A program made the position numbers and the translations under genes. From Vibrio vulnificus CMCP6 (GTDB lineage: Bacteria > Pseudomonadota > Gammaproteobacteria > Enterobacterales > Vibrionaceae), in contig NC_004459.3 of NCBI RefSeq assembly GCF_000039765.1, positions 3,106,104 through 3,138,103 of the forward strand: a DNA stretch of 32,000 nucleotides, given 5' to 3'. Positions 9,626-18,181 of this stretch are shown here, in pieces. The notes beneath the pieces were generated by a model, which saw nothing but the letters and a program-made list of their open reading frames with translations, was not told where the DNA came from and did no database searches. The stretch's first letter is position 1. Each line of letters begins with the position of its first letter.

Positions 9626-9703
9626 ATTTATCATCACTTTAACTGAACAAAGCCGGTGCAACGCACCGGCTTGAAGATAGGACTGAATAATACAGCGAAA
9701 GGC

Positions 9704-10948
9704 TTACTTCAGTGTATGAATCGTTGGTTGACCAGGAGCTAGCTCTAGCACATCCCAATCCAAGCCGATAGCTGGCATGGTTTCTAGGAACGGATCTGGA
9801 TCCAACTGTTCCATGTTGAATACGCCAGCCTCAGCCCAAGCACCGCGGAAATACTGCAGTGCAGCAGTAATCGCAGGAACACCTGTGGTGTAGGCAATTG
9901 CTTGGTGCTCGACGTCTTTGTAAGCGACTTCGTGGTCTGCGTTATTGTAGATAAACACGCTACGCTCTTTGCCGTCTTTCTTACCTTGAACCCAAGTACC
10001 GATACACGTTAAACCGGTGTAACCTGGAGCCAAAGACGTTGGATCTGGCAGCATCGCTTTCAATACTTGCAGAGGCTGAACCACCGTACCGTCATGGAGT
10101 GTTAGTGGCTCTGGACTCAACAAACCAATGTCACGCATGCAGTTGAAGTAGTTTAGGTAACGATCACCAAAGCCCATCCAGAATTCAATGCGCTTAGCAG
10201 GGATGAACTCTTTCAGCGAGCGAACTTCATCGTGCGCCATTGAGTACACTTTGAAGTTGCCACATTTCGGGAAATCAAACTCTAGCATACGAGTGTGGCA
10301 AGGAACGCGCTTCCACTCTTCATTTTCCCAGTAGAAAGAATCCCCTTGGATTTCCAATAGGTTCGTCTCTGGGTCAAAGTTGGTTGCAAATTTCTTACCG
10401 TGATCGCCTGCGTTGATGTCCATCACGTCAATGGTGTCGATCTCATCAAATAGGTGCTTCACTGCATACGCAGCGAAAACAGAAACAACACCAGGATCGA
10501 AACCTGCACCAAGGATACCCGTGATGCCCGCTTCTTCGAACTTAGCACGGTATTTCCATTGCTCGTCATAAGCTTCTGGTACTTGCTGACCTTCACTACA
10601 TAGGTCAACCGCTACCGATGTATCTAGGTAAGACACTTTCGCTTGGTAACACGCTTCCATAATGGTCAGGTTTACCCAAGGAGGACCTGCATTGATAACC
10701 AAATCAGGTTTTACTTCCTTAATTAGTGCAACCAGCGAGTCCACATCGTCAGCATTCACAGCACGAGCTTCAAGTTTCTTACTTGAATCTTTCAGGTTGT
10801 TACGACCATGAATCGACTCAATGATCTTTTCACACTTGTCTAAAGTGCGAGAAGCGATAGTAATGTCACCTAGAACATCGTTGTTTTGTGCTGCTTTGTG
10901 TGCAATTACCCAGCCTACGCCGCCTGCACCAATTTGTAAAATTGCCAT
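9704..10948 (-). CDS. Carboxynorspermidine synthase/dehydrogenase (CANSDH; saccharopine-dehydrogenase family)
   Basis: 414 aa. The Rossmann N-terminus MAILQIGAGGVGWVIAHKAAQNNDVLGDITIASRT is typical of Vibrio CANSDH. It lies between dat-ddc and nspC, as in the V. cholerae VC1625-VC1623 cluster (from memory). Confidence 0.92.
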   Translation of the reverse strand: MAILQIGAGGVGWVIAHKAAQNNDVLGDITIASRTLDKCEKIIESIHGRNNLKDSSKKLEARAVNADDVDSLVALIKEVKPDLVINAGPPWVNLTIMEACYQAKVSYLDTSVAVDLCSEGQQVPEAYDEQWKYRAKFEEAGITGILGAGFDPGVVSVFAAYAVKHLFDEIDTIDVMDINAGDHGKKFATNFDPETNLLEIQGDSFYWENEEWKRVPCHTRMLEFDFPKCGNFKVYSMAHDEVRSLKEFIPAKRIEFWMGFGDRYLNYFNCMRDIGLLSPEPLTLHDGTVVQPLQVLKAMLPDPTSLAPGYTGLTCIGTWVQGKKDGKERSVFIYNNADHEVAYKDVEHQAIAYTTGVPAITAALQYFRGAWAEAGVFNMEQLDPDPFLETMPAIGLDWDVLELAPGQPTIHTLK

Positions 10949-10963
10949 AGTTTTCCGTTACCT

Positions 10964-13843
10964 TTATTGCGCTAGCTCAGCCGCTAGAGTGTTGATTTTA
11001 GATAGTAAAGATTCAAAATCTGACATCTTCAGACATGGGTTAAGAATCGTGAATTTCAGCGCGGTTTTGCCATCTACGATTGTTTCACCCAGGACTGCCA
11101 CACCGCGAGTCAGTGCCTCCAGTCTCAGCGTTTTATTCAACTCATCCAGATCCGAACCTAGAGTAGAACGGAACAAGACAGTGGATAGTGAAGGTTCAGC
11201 CAATAGCTCGAAGCCCTCTGTATTACGCACTAAGTCAGCCACCTCAAGTGTTTGACCTAGAATGTGGTCGTACATCGCGCCTAGCGCTTTCGGACCCACG
11301 TTTTGCATCGTCATGAAGACTTTCAAAGCGTCAAAACGTTTAGTGGTTGCGATCGATTTGTCCACCAAGTTTGGCAGTTCGTCGTGTTCGCGGTTTAAGT
11401 AATCGGCATGGTGCAACAAGAACTTGAAGTTCTGCTTGTCGTTAACAAGCACAGCACCACAACTGATTGTTTGGTAAAACAATTTGTGGAAATCAACACT
11501 CACTGATTGCGCACGTTCAACGCCTTTCAAGCGCGCTTTCTGACTGCTCAGAATCAGAGCACCACCGTAAGCACCGTCAACGTGCATCCACAGATCGTGT
11601 TTTTCTGCCACGTCAGCAATGGTGTTCAAATCGTCAATCGCACCGTGGTCTGTCGTACCTGCCGTACCCACGACAGCAAATGGAATCAAACCTTCAGCTT
11701 TCGCCTGCTCTACCGCAGCTTCCAGCTTAGTCACATCCATTGTGCCATTTGCGTGTGCATCAATGGTCAGAACGGCTTTTTCGCCCAAGCCCATCCAAGA
11801 AGCGGATTTTTGCACTGTGAAGTGCGACTTCTTAGAACAGATAATGCGCAGTTTGTCAGCGTAATCTGGAAGACCAAGCTTCTGGATTGAGTGACCACTC
11901 AACTTGTCTGCAATCCAATCACGAGCCAGCATTAGGCCCATTTGGTTGCTTTGAGTACCGCCACTGGTGAAGATACCGTCTGCTTTCGCACCCAACTCAT
12001 ACTTGTCGCACAGCCAGTTAATTACTTTCTGTTCAACGTAAGTAGCTGATGAAGATTGATCCCATGAATCCATTGATTGGTTCAGTGCCGCGATCATTGC
12101 TTCTGCAGCCACCGCTGGCATTAGTGGTGGCGTGTGCAAATGCGCGATACAGTCAGGGTGCTGAGTAAAGATAGAGTTCTTAACAACGAGCTCTGTTGTT
12201 TCGTCGATGATCTCTTTTAGTGGCGCGTTTTTGTTGTCTAGATCAACCGCGTAAATCGCAGATTCTAACGCTTTCGGATCCATACCGGAGTACGGTGCAT
12301 CCACTTCTTCAAACGCGTTCTTTAGTGCCGCAGTCGTGTGGTTCATCACCGAGGCGAACTCTTTACTGCCGTTTACGCCTGTGTGGATAAAGTGTTTTTT
12401 CCACTCGGCATTTTCTTCAACAGCTTTCAAATTGCCACCCGCAGCGAGAATCGCTTCTTCCAAAATACGTAGGGCAAAATCAATCTGCTCAAAAGAGATG
12501 ATGAGAGGAGGAAGGAAACGGATAACCGAACCGTCACGACCGCCTTTCTCGACCATCAAACCGCGCTCTAGCGCAGCACGTTGAATGGCAAGAGTCAGTT
12601 GACCGTCAGACACAGGCTCACCAAACTTATTCAATTCTGAGCCTGGCTTACGAATTTCAACGCCCAGCATCAAGCCTTTGCCACGAACTTCCGCAATACA
12701 ATCCACGCGTTGTTGAATTTTTTCCAAGCCGTGACGTAGGTACTGACCTGCCACATTTGCGTGTTCAACAAGGTTATCACGCGTGATAATTTCAAGCGCT
12801 TTTGCACCAGAAACCATCGCGAGCTGGTTACCACGGAAGGTGCCCGTGTGTTCACCCGGACGCCATGTGTCATGCTTTTTGTTAATCACTAGTAGCGACA
12901 TTGGTAGGCCACCACCAATGGCTTTAGATAGACACAATACGTCAGGAACAATGCCCGCTTCTTCAAACGCAAAGTTATAACCTGATTTGCCGACGCCACA
13001 CTGGATTTCGTCGAAAATCAATAGCATACCGTGTTCGTCACAGATACGACGAAGTTCACGTAACCAAAACGCTGGAGCAGGAATAACACCGCCTTCACCT
13101 TGAACAGGCTCAACAATGATTGCTGCAGGTTTCATGATACCTGCCTCGTCATCGTTAAGCAGACGTTCGATGTAGCGAATACTCGCTTTTGCACCTTCGT
13201 CACCACCCAGTCCAAACGGACAGCGTAGGCTGTATGGGAAAGGCATAAAATGCACATCCGACATCAAACCAGTACGACGAGCCTTGGTATTCAAGTTACC
13301 CATCATACCCATGGTGCCGTTAGTCATACCGTGGTATGCACCGCGGAAAGCAAACATGGTGTTACGACCAGTGGTTTGTTTCGCCAGTTTGATGGCCGCT
13401 TCCACAGCATCCGCGCCAGATGGGCCACAGAACTGAATCACACAGTTGTTGCCAAGCTCTTCAGGTAGGAAGGCTTTCACCGATTTGATGAAATTAGTTT
13501 TTGCTGTCGTCGCAATATCAAGCGTTTGATATGGAAGACCAGAATCGAGCTGCTCTTTTAGCGCTTGATTGATTTCCGGGTGGTTGTAACCCAGTGCCAA
13601 AGTACCCGCACCAGCAAGACAGTCCAAAAAGATCTGACCGCGAGTATCTTCCACTAGACAGCCATAAGCCTGCTTAATTGCGATAGGCAAACGGCGTGGG
13701 TAAGAACGTACTTCTGACTCGTGCTCAGCCTGATCAAGTAACACTTGATCTGGCGTTAAATCATAAATTCCTTCAACAACAGGAACTTGAGAAGAAAAGA
13801 TAGTCGCGATAGTGTTAGTATCGACTTCAAAGGCGGTGCTCAT
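10964..13843 (-). CDS. dat-ddc: Fused L-2,4-diaminobutyrate:2-oxoglutarate aminotransferase / L-2,4-diaminobutyrate decarboxylase
   Basis: 959 aa from the ATG at complement 13841-13843, with AAGGG SD 7 nt upstream. The N-terminal half is a class-III aminotransferase (ESEVRSYPRRLP..., FDEIQCGVGKSG, LSKAIGGG). The C-terminal half is a group-II PLP decarboxylase (FTSGGTQSN..., SVDFHKLFYQ). This fusion is the known Vibrio arrangement for making 1,3-diaminopropane for norspermidine. Confidence 0.93.
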   Translation of the reverse strand: MSTAFEVDTNTIATIFSSQVPVVEGIYDLTPDQVLLDQAEHESEVRSYPRRLPIAIKQAYGCLVEDTRGQIFLDCLAGAGTLALGYNHPEINQALKEQLDSGLPYQTLDIATTAKTNFIKSVKAFLPEELGNNCVIQFCGPSGADAVEAAIKLAKQTTGRNTMFAFRGAYHGMTNGTMGMMGNLNTKARRTGLMSDVHFMPFPYSLRCPFGLGGDEGAKASIRYIERLLNDDEAGIMKPAAIIVEPVQGEGGVIPAPAFWLRELRRICDEHGMLLIFDEIQCGVGKSGYNFAFEEAGIVPDVLCLSKAIGGGLPMSLLVINKKHDTWRPGEHTGTFRGNQLAMVSGAKALEIITRDNLVEHANVAGQYLRHGLEKIQQRVDCIAEVRGKGLMLGVEIRKPGSELNKFGEPVSDGQLTLAIQRAALERGLMVEKGGRDGSVIRFLPPLIISFEQIDFALRILEEAILAAGGNLKAVEENAEWKKHFIHTGVNGSKEFASVMNHTTAALKNAFEEVDAPYSGMDPKALESAIYAVDLDNKNAPLKEIIDETTELVVKNSIFTQHPDCIAHLHTPPLMPAVAAEAMIAALNQSMDSWDQSSSATYVEQKVINWLCDKYELGAKADGIFTSGGTQSNQMGLMLARDWIADKLSGHSIQKLGLPDYADKLRIICSKKSHFTVQKSASWMGLGEKAVLTIDAHANGTMDVTKLEAAVEQAKAEGLIPFAVVGTAGTTDHGAIDDLNTIADVAEKHDLWMHVDGAYGGALILSSQKARLKGVERAQSVSVDFHKLFYQTISCGAVLVNDKQNFKFLLHHADYLNREHDELPNLVDKSIATTKRFDALKVFMTMQNVGPKALGAMYDHILGQTLEVADLVRNTEGFELLAEPSLSTVLFRSTLGSDLDELNKTLRLEALTRGVAVLGETIVDGKTALKFTILNPCLKMSDFESLLSKINTLAAELAQ

Positions 13844-14391
13844 ACATTTTCCCTTGAAATAAAAAAATGATTCTCGCCCCCGGCGCACTCAGTAACTCTT
13901 AGTACGTAATTGGGACATGACCAAGCCTTCCGATTGGCGTTAAATAACGGGTACGGAATAGCGACCATTACATCGAATGGTAAAGTATCGGTCTTAAAAT
14001 CAAGGCTCGGTAATGCTTCTGTTTTGCAAAACAGGGCATTCAGGAAGTATGAAGCTGATTAATGTGTGATTATTAAAAAAGTTCAACGTTGGGTTTCCCA
14101 TTTACATGCCGCTGCTTAAGCAACATTAGTATCCCGTCTATCGACAAAAGGCTCTGTCGATACCTACCCTACGTAGTGTCACAATCAGCTTGAATGGTCA
14201 CTACGCGTGTCCCCCAGAACTACTGTCCGAGATTGCGCGCGAATTTAGCACAATTAGAAATAGACTGGCAACAAGTTTTAATAATAATTTTGCCGATTAG
14301 CTCGCACTACGAAATGCAAGAATAGAGAATAACAAGAAGAAAACGGGACGAAACGAAGCACCACGGGCAACATCGACTTGAAGAATCGGTG

Positions 14392-14423
14392 AAAACAAAA
14401 AAGCCCAGCATTTCTGCTGAGCT
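14392..14423 (-). terminator. Rho-independent terminator of the tRNA operon
   Basis: On the minus strand, AGCUCAGCA-GAAA-UGCUGGGCU forms a 9-bp stem with one G.U pair, followed by UUUUUGUUUU. Confidence 0.8.
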
Positions 14424-14431
14424 TTCGTGTT

Positions 14432-14507
14432 TGGAGCGACACACGAGGTTCGAACTCGTGACCTCAACCTTGGCAAGGTTGCGCTCTACCAACTGAGCTA
14501 GTGTCGC
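14432..14507 (-). tRNA. tRNA-Gly (GCC), copy 2 (distal)
   Basis: The reverse complement GCGACACTAGCTCAGTTGGTAGAGCGCAACCTTGCCAAGGTTGAGGTCACGAGTTCGAACCTCGTGTGTCGCTCCA folds as a cloverleaf. Elements: acceptor GCGACAC/GTGTCGC, anticodon loop TTGCCAA, TTCGAAC T-loop and encoded CCA. Confidence 0.96.
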
Positions 14508-14532
14508 ATCTGTTCTCACGAACGATATTAAA

Positions 14533-14619
14533 TGGTGCCCCGGGCCGGACTTGAACCGGCACGACTCGAAAGTCGAGGGATTTTAAATCCCTTGTGTCTA
14601 CCAATTTCACCACCAGGGC
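14533..14619 (-). tRNA. tRNA-Leu (TAA)
   Basis: The 87-nt reverse complement is GCCCTGGTGGTGAAATTGGTAGACACAAGGGATTTAAAATCCCTCGACTTTCGAGTCGTGCCGGTTCAAGTCCGGCCCGGGGCACCA. It has a long variable arm and the anticodon loop TTTAAAA. It is close to E. coli leuZ. Confidence 0.95.
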
Positions 14620-14679
14620 ACACAAAACTTGTTATGGCCTTCACCATCTCGATATCGCTTAACGCCATATCTTTAAATT

Positions 14680-14755
14680 TGGAGCGACACACGAGGTTCG
14701 AACTCGTGACCTCAACCTTGGCAAGGTTGCGCTCTACCAACTGAGCTAGTGTCGC
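14680..14755 (-). tRNA. tRNA-Gly (GCC), copy 1
   Basis: The 76-nt sequence is identical to 14432-14507. Confidence 0.96.
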
Positions 14756-14758
14756 AAA

Positions 14759-14832
14759 TGGAGGCGCGTCCCGGAGTCGAACCGAGGTCCACGGATTTGC
14801 AATCCGCTGCATAGCCCCTCTGCCAACGCGCC
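14759..14832 (-). tRNA. tRNA-Cys (GCA)
   Basis: The reverse complement GGCGCGTTGGCAGAGGGGCTATGCAGCGGATTGCAAATCCGTGGACCTCGGTTCGACTCCGGGACGCGCCTCCA is close to E. coli cysT. The anticodon loop is TTGCAAA. Confidence 0.95.
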
Positions 14833-14876
14833 TTACATCGCCCTTAAGAAGTTAGTCTCTCTTGGGTACGGGATGC

Positions 14877-14904
14877 ATTCTACCCATTCATTAAAACGAG
14901 TCAA
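14877..14904 (-). promoter_or_regulatory. Putative sigma70 promoter of the tRNA operon
   Basis: On the minus strand: TTGACT (14904-14899), 16 bp spacer, TAGAAT (14882-14877), then the GC-rich discriminator GCATCCCG. An A/T-rich UP-like tract (AAAAAACAAAAAAATAGTG) lies upstream. The tRNA-Cys 5' end lies about 45 nt beyond the -10 hexamer. Confidence 0.55.
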
Positions 14905-15066
14905 CACTATTTTTTTGTTTTTTAAATCGTTTGAGCACAAAATGTGCTAAAAGCTGCAAATTGCTTATTTTAAAGGCAGATTTTTTCTAAATATAGTCAA
15001 GATTATCTAGAATAATCCTTGTCTTACACAACTTATACTTACGCCTTGCTCGCGAACTTCACGCAT

Positions 15067-15088
15067 AAAAAAACGGGCTTGCGCCCGC
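15067..15088 (-). terminator. Terminator-like hairpin after pgsA
   Basis: On the minus strand, CGGGC-GCAA-GCCCG is followed by a run of 7 U. The stem is short (5 bp) and GC-rich. Confidence 0.6.
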
Positions 15089-15098
15089 TTTCTCAACA

Positions 15099-15656
15099 TT
15101 AGTGATGTTCTTCATTCAACAAGTCATCTTTCGCAGCCATCAAGTACTGCACCATCGACCAGTAAGTAAGGAATGTGGCAATGTACAATGCGCCGAAACC
15201 TAACCAAACCATCCAATCGTCATAACGCCAAATTAATACCCATAGCGCAAACATTTGAGTCATGGTTTTTACTTTACCGACCCAAGAGACAGCAACGCTC
15301 GCTCGTTTGCCGATCTCTGCCATCCACTCACGCAGTGCTGAAATAATGATTTCCCTTGCGATCATGGTCACGGCTGGAATCGTTACCCAAATGGAATGGT
15401 AATGTTCTGTAATCAAAATCAAGGCGGTTGCCACTAGTACTTTATCCGCCACTGGATCGATAAACGCACCGAAACGAGACGTTTGACCCAGTTTTCTTGC
15501 TAACATCCCATCGAGCCAATCGGTAAAACCGGCAACCCAAAACACCATTGCCGCAGCAAAAGGAGCCCATGAATAGGGAAGATAAAACGCAACGACAAAC
15601 ACTGGGATGAGAAATAATCTCATTAGTGACAATATGTTGGGGATGTTCAAACGCAT
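15099..15656 (-). CDS. pgsA: CDP-diacylglycerol--glycerol-3-phosphate 3-phosphatidyltransferase
   Basis: 185 aa. [57 protein letters not shown] carries the CDP-alcohol phosphatidyltransferase motif and is collinear with E. coli PgsA. The uvrY-uvrC-pgsA-tRNA synteny matches E. coli. Confidence 0.95.
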   Translation of the reverse strand: MRLNIPNILSLMRLFLIPVFVVAFYLPYSWAPFAAAMVFWVAGFTDWLDGMLARKLGQTSRFGAFIDPVADKVLVATALILITEHYHSIWVTIPAVTMIAREIIISALREWMAEIGKRASVAVSWVGKVKTMTQMFALWVLIWRYDDWMVWLGFGALYIATFLTYWSMVQYLMAAKDDLLNEEHH

Positions 15657-15702
15657 ATTATTATTCTCTTACACTTTGCGCGCTAATGGTGCTGGATTTT
15701 CA

Positions 15703-17535
15703 CTATTGTTTCAATGCTTGATAGATAATTTCTGCCAAAGAGTGACTGATGCCCGGCACTTTGGCGATTTCTTCAACACTTGCACGCTTGAGCTCTTGTA
15801 AGCCTCCCGTGTATTTCAACAGCGCCTGACGGCGTTTGGGCCCTACGCCTTCAATGCCCTCTAACGCACTCGTTTTACGCGTTTTTCCGCGCTTCGCTCT
15901 GTGCCCTGCGATGGCATGATTGTGGCTTTCATCACGGATGTGCTGGATTAAATGTAGAGCCGGATCATCACTTGGCAAATGAAACTCATCGCCATCAACC
16001 GTAATCAAAGTTTCCAAACCTGGTTTACGAGTGACCCCTTTTGCGATACCGATCATCACGGGTCGCTTCGGCCAATCTCCCCAGTATTGCACGATGATTT
16101 CGTGTGCTCGATTAAGTTGCCCTTTACCACCATCAATAAAAATAATGTCTGGAATTTTCTCGACATCCAGTTGTTTGGCGTAACGACGCTCTAAAGCTTG
16201 CCCCATGGCTGCATAGTCGTCACCACCAGTGATTCCGGTAATGTTGTAGCGACGATACTCTTGCTTTACCGGACCTTCACTGTTGAACACCACGCATGAG
16301 GCAATCGTGCTTTCACCCATGGTATGAGAAATATCGAAACACTCCATGCGAGCAATCGAGTCCATCGCAAGAACGTCACGTAACGCCTTAAAGCGTTGAT
16401 TAATCGTCATCTTATGATTGATTTTGGTCGTCATTGCCGTCAGCGCATTGGTATTGGACAATTTGAGGTAACGACCACGTGACCCTGATGGCGAGGTATG
16501 AAATTGTACTTTCCGCCCAGCGACATCACTGAGAGCCAACTGAATCGCCTCAACATCCGCAGCCAGTTCCTGATTTAGAATGATGCGCGATGGAATCGTC
16601 CGAGCTTCGTTGTGGCTCAAATAGTATTGCGTCAAAAAGCTGTCAAACACTTCTTGCGCATTGGTGTTTTGAGGAATCTTGGGAAAATGACTGCGACTTC
16701 CCAGTACCTTACCTTGGCGAATCATCAAGATATGGATGCATGCAATGCCATTTTCTTGTGCAAAACCGAGCACATCCATATCTTCTTGGCTATCTTCCGA
16801 AACATATTGTTGTTCCTGAACACGACGAATCGCTTGGATCTGATCACGAAATTTTGCCGCATCCTCAAACTTAAGTTGCTGGCTCGCAATCTCCATTTTT
16901 TGCACTAGGAGCTCTAGAACTTGGTTATCTTTACCTTGTAAAAATAGACGTAAGTAACCCACCAGCTCTGCATAGTCGACATCAGAAATGACACTGCTGA
17001 CACAAGGGCCCGCACAGCGACCAATCTGGTACATCAAACAAGGACGCGTTCGGTTAGCATAAACGGTGTCTTCACACTGTCTCACCGGGAAAATTTTCTG
17101 GATCAAGTGCAAGGTTTCACGTACTGCACCTGAGTCCGGATAAGGTCCGAAATACTCGCCTTTTCTCTTCTTAGCACCACGATGCAGAGAGACCCTAGGA
17201 TGGCGATGGGCACTAAGGAAAATATAGGGATAAGACTTATCGTCTCGCAGCAGGACATTATACTTCGGCAAATATTGCTTAATGTAATTATGCTCAAGAA
17301 TCAGCGCTTCCGTTTCGGTGTGCGTCACGGTCACATCAATTTTGGCAATATTACTCACCAATGCTTTGGTTTTTTCGCTGTCAACTTTTTTGCGGAAATA
17401 GCTTGAGAGGCGTTTTTTGAGATCTTTGGCTTTACCGACATAAATAACAACAGCCTCGGCGTTATACATACGATAAACGCCAGGCTGATGAGTTACTGTC
17501 TTGAGGAAAGATACCGAATCAAAAATTTGAGTCAC
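15703..17535 (-). CDS. uvrC: Excinuclease ABC subunit C
   Basis: 610 aa. The GIY-YIG N-terminus is [38 protein letters not shown], and a C-terminal HhH region is present. The GTG start (complement 17533-17535) lies 1 nt after the uvrY stop. Confidence 0.96.
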   Translation of the reverse strand: MTQIFDSVSFLKTVTHQPGVYRMYNAEAVVIYVGKAKDLKKRLSSYFRKKVDSEKTKALVSNIAKIDVTVTHTETEALILEHNYIKQYLPKYNVLLRDDKSYPYIFLSAHRHPRVSLHRGAKKRKGEYFGPYPDSGAVRETLHLIQKIFPVRQCEDTVYANRTRPCLMYQIGRCAGPCVSSVISDVDYAELVGYLRLFLQGKDNQVLELLVQKMEIASQQLKFEDAAKFRDQIQAIRRVQEQQYVSEDSQEDMDVLGFAQENGIACIHILMIRQGKVLGSRSHFPKIPQNTNAQEVFDSFLTQYYLSHNEARTIPSRIILNQELAADVEAIQLALSDVAGRKVQFHTSPSGSRGRYLKLSNTNALTAMTTKINHKMTINQRFKALRDVLAMDSIARMECFDISHTMGESTIASCVVFNSEGPVKQEYRRYNITGITGGDDYAAMGQALERRYAKQLDVEKIPDIIFIDGGKGQLNRAHEIIVQYWGDWPKRPVMIGIAKGVTRKPGLETLITVDGDEFHLPSDDPALHLIQHIRDESHNHAIAGHRAKRGKTRKTSALEGIEGVGPKRRQALLKYTGGLQELKRASVEEIAKVPGISHSLAEIIYQALKQ

Positions 17536-17536
17536 A

Positions 17537-18181
17537 CTAGAGAGTCTCGGTATCTAACATTCCGTGGCGAATCGCCAAATGGGTCAACTCTACGTCACCA
17601 TTAATCGATAGCTTGCTAAACAAACGATAACGATAGCTGTTGACAGTTTTAGGACTGAGATTTAACTGCTCAGAAATATCTGTCACTTTCTGACCTTTCG
17701 TGATCATCATCATGATCTGAAGCTCACGCTCAGACAGATCCTTGAAAGGGTTTTCGGACGCAGGCGAAAACTGGCTTAACGCCATTTGCTGCGCAATTTC
17801 TGGTGAAATATAACGTTGCCCACTATGGACAATACGAATTGCATTCACCATTTCATCTGGGCCAGCGCCTTTGGTCAAATAACCAGAAGCCCCCGCTTGC
17901 ATCACTTTAGTTGGAAACGGATTTTCCGTATGAACAGTTAAGACGATGATTTTTACATCTGGATTAACACGCAAAATTTTCTTGGTAGCTTCCAAGCCGC
18001 CAATACCAGGCATGTTCATATCCATTAAAACGACGTCTGCATGATTGCTACGACACCATTTTACCGCATTTTCACCGCTATCAGCTTCTCCTGCTACGTT
18101 CATTCCACGGACGTCTTCAATAATACGTCGTATCCCTGTGCGAACCAGCTCGTGATCATCTACAAGGAAAACATTGATCAA
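17537..18181 (-). CDS. uvrY: Two-component response regulator UvrY (VarA/GacA family; REC plus LuxR-type HTH)
   Basis: 214 aa. The receiver domain starts [22 protein letters not shown]...[11 protein letters not shown]. The C-terminal HTH reads [43 protein letters not shown]. It lies immediately upstream of uvrC. Confidence 0.94.
   Translation of the reverse strand: MINVFLVDDHELVRTGIRRIIEDVRGMNVAGEADSGENAVKWCRSNHADVVLMDMNMPGIGGLEATKKILRVNPDVKIIVLTVHTENPFPTKVMQAGASGYLTKGAGPDEMVNAIRIVHSGQRYISPEIAQQMALSQFSPASENPFKDLSERELQIMMMITKGQKVTDISEQLNLSPKTVNSYRYRLFSKLSINGDVELTHLAIRHGMLDTETL

Noticed and set aside
10821-11255. A 144-aa ORF antisense to the CANSDH/dat-ddc junction. Many similar antisense or shadow ORFs lie inside nrdA, nrdB, uvrC, the EAL gene, the NTase gene, trpE and trpG.
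   Set aside because: All are nested in or antisense to strongly supported conserved genes and have Ser/Arg/Cys-rich shadow-frame composition. Nothing suggests genuine overlapping genes.
13844-13888. GTG-initiated 15-codon extension of dat-ddc (MRRGRESFFYFKGKC...). Similar over-extensions occur for nspC (9626-9661) and the ACT protein (7910-7930).
   Set aside because: The internal ATGs have better SD sequences and give N-termini and lengths that match known orthologues. The extensions run through U-rich leader sequence.
13844-14431. The tRNA-adjacent region as a possible genomic-island integration site
   Set aside because: There is no integrase, no partial tRNA direct repeat (att-like) and no foreign-looking genes. 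The next genes are the conserved norspermidine operon, and the repeated tRNA-Gly is a full gene duplicate inside the operon.
14307-14812. Three ORFs (70, 94 and 70 aa) overlapping the tRNA genes
   Set aside because: They are translations of tRNA and spacer sequence. The repeated peptide LAQLVERNLAKVEVTSSNLVCRSK is simply the duplicated tRNA-Gly read as protein.
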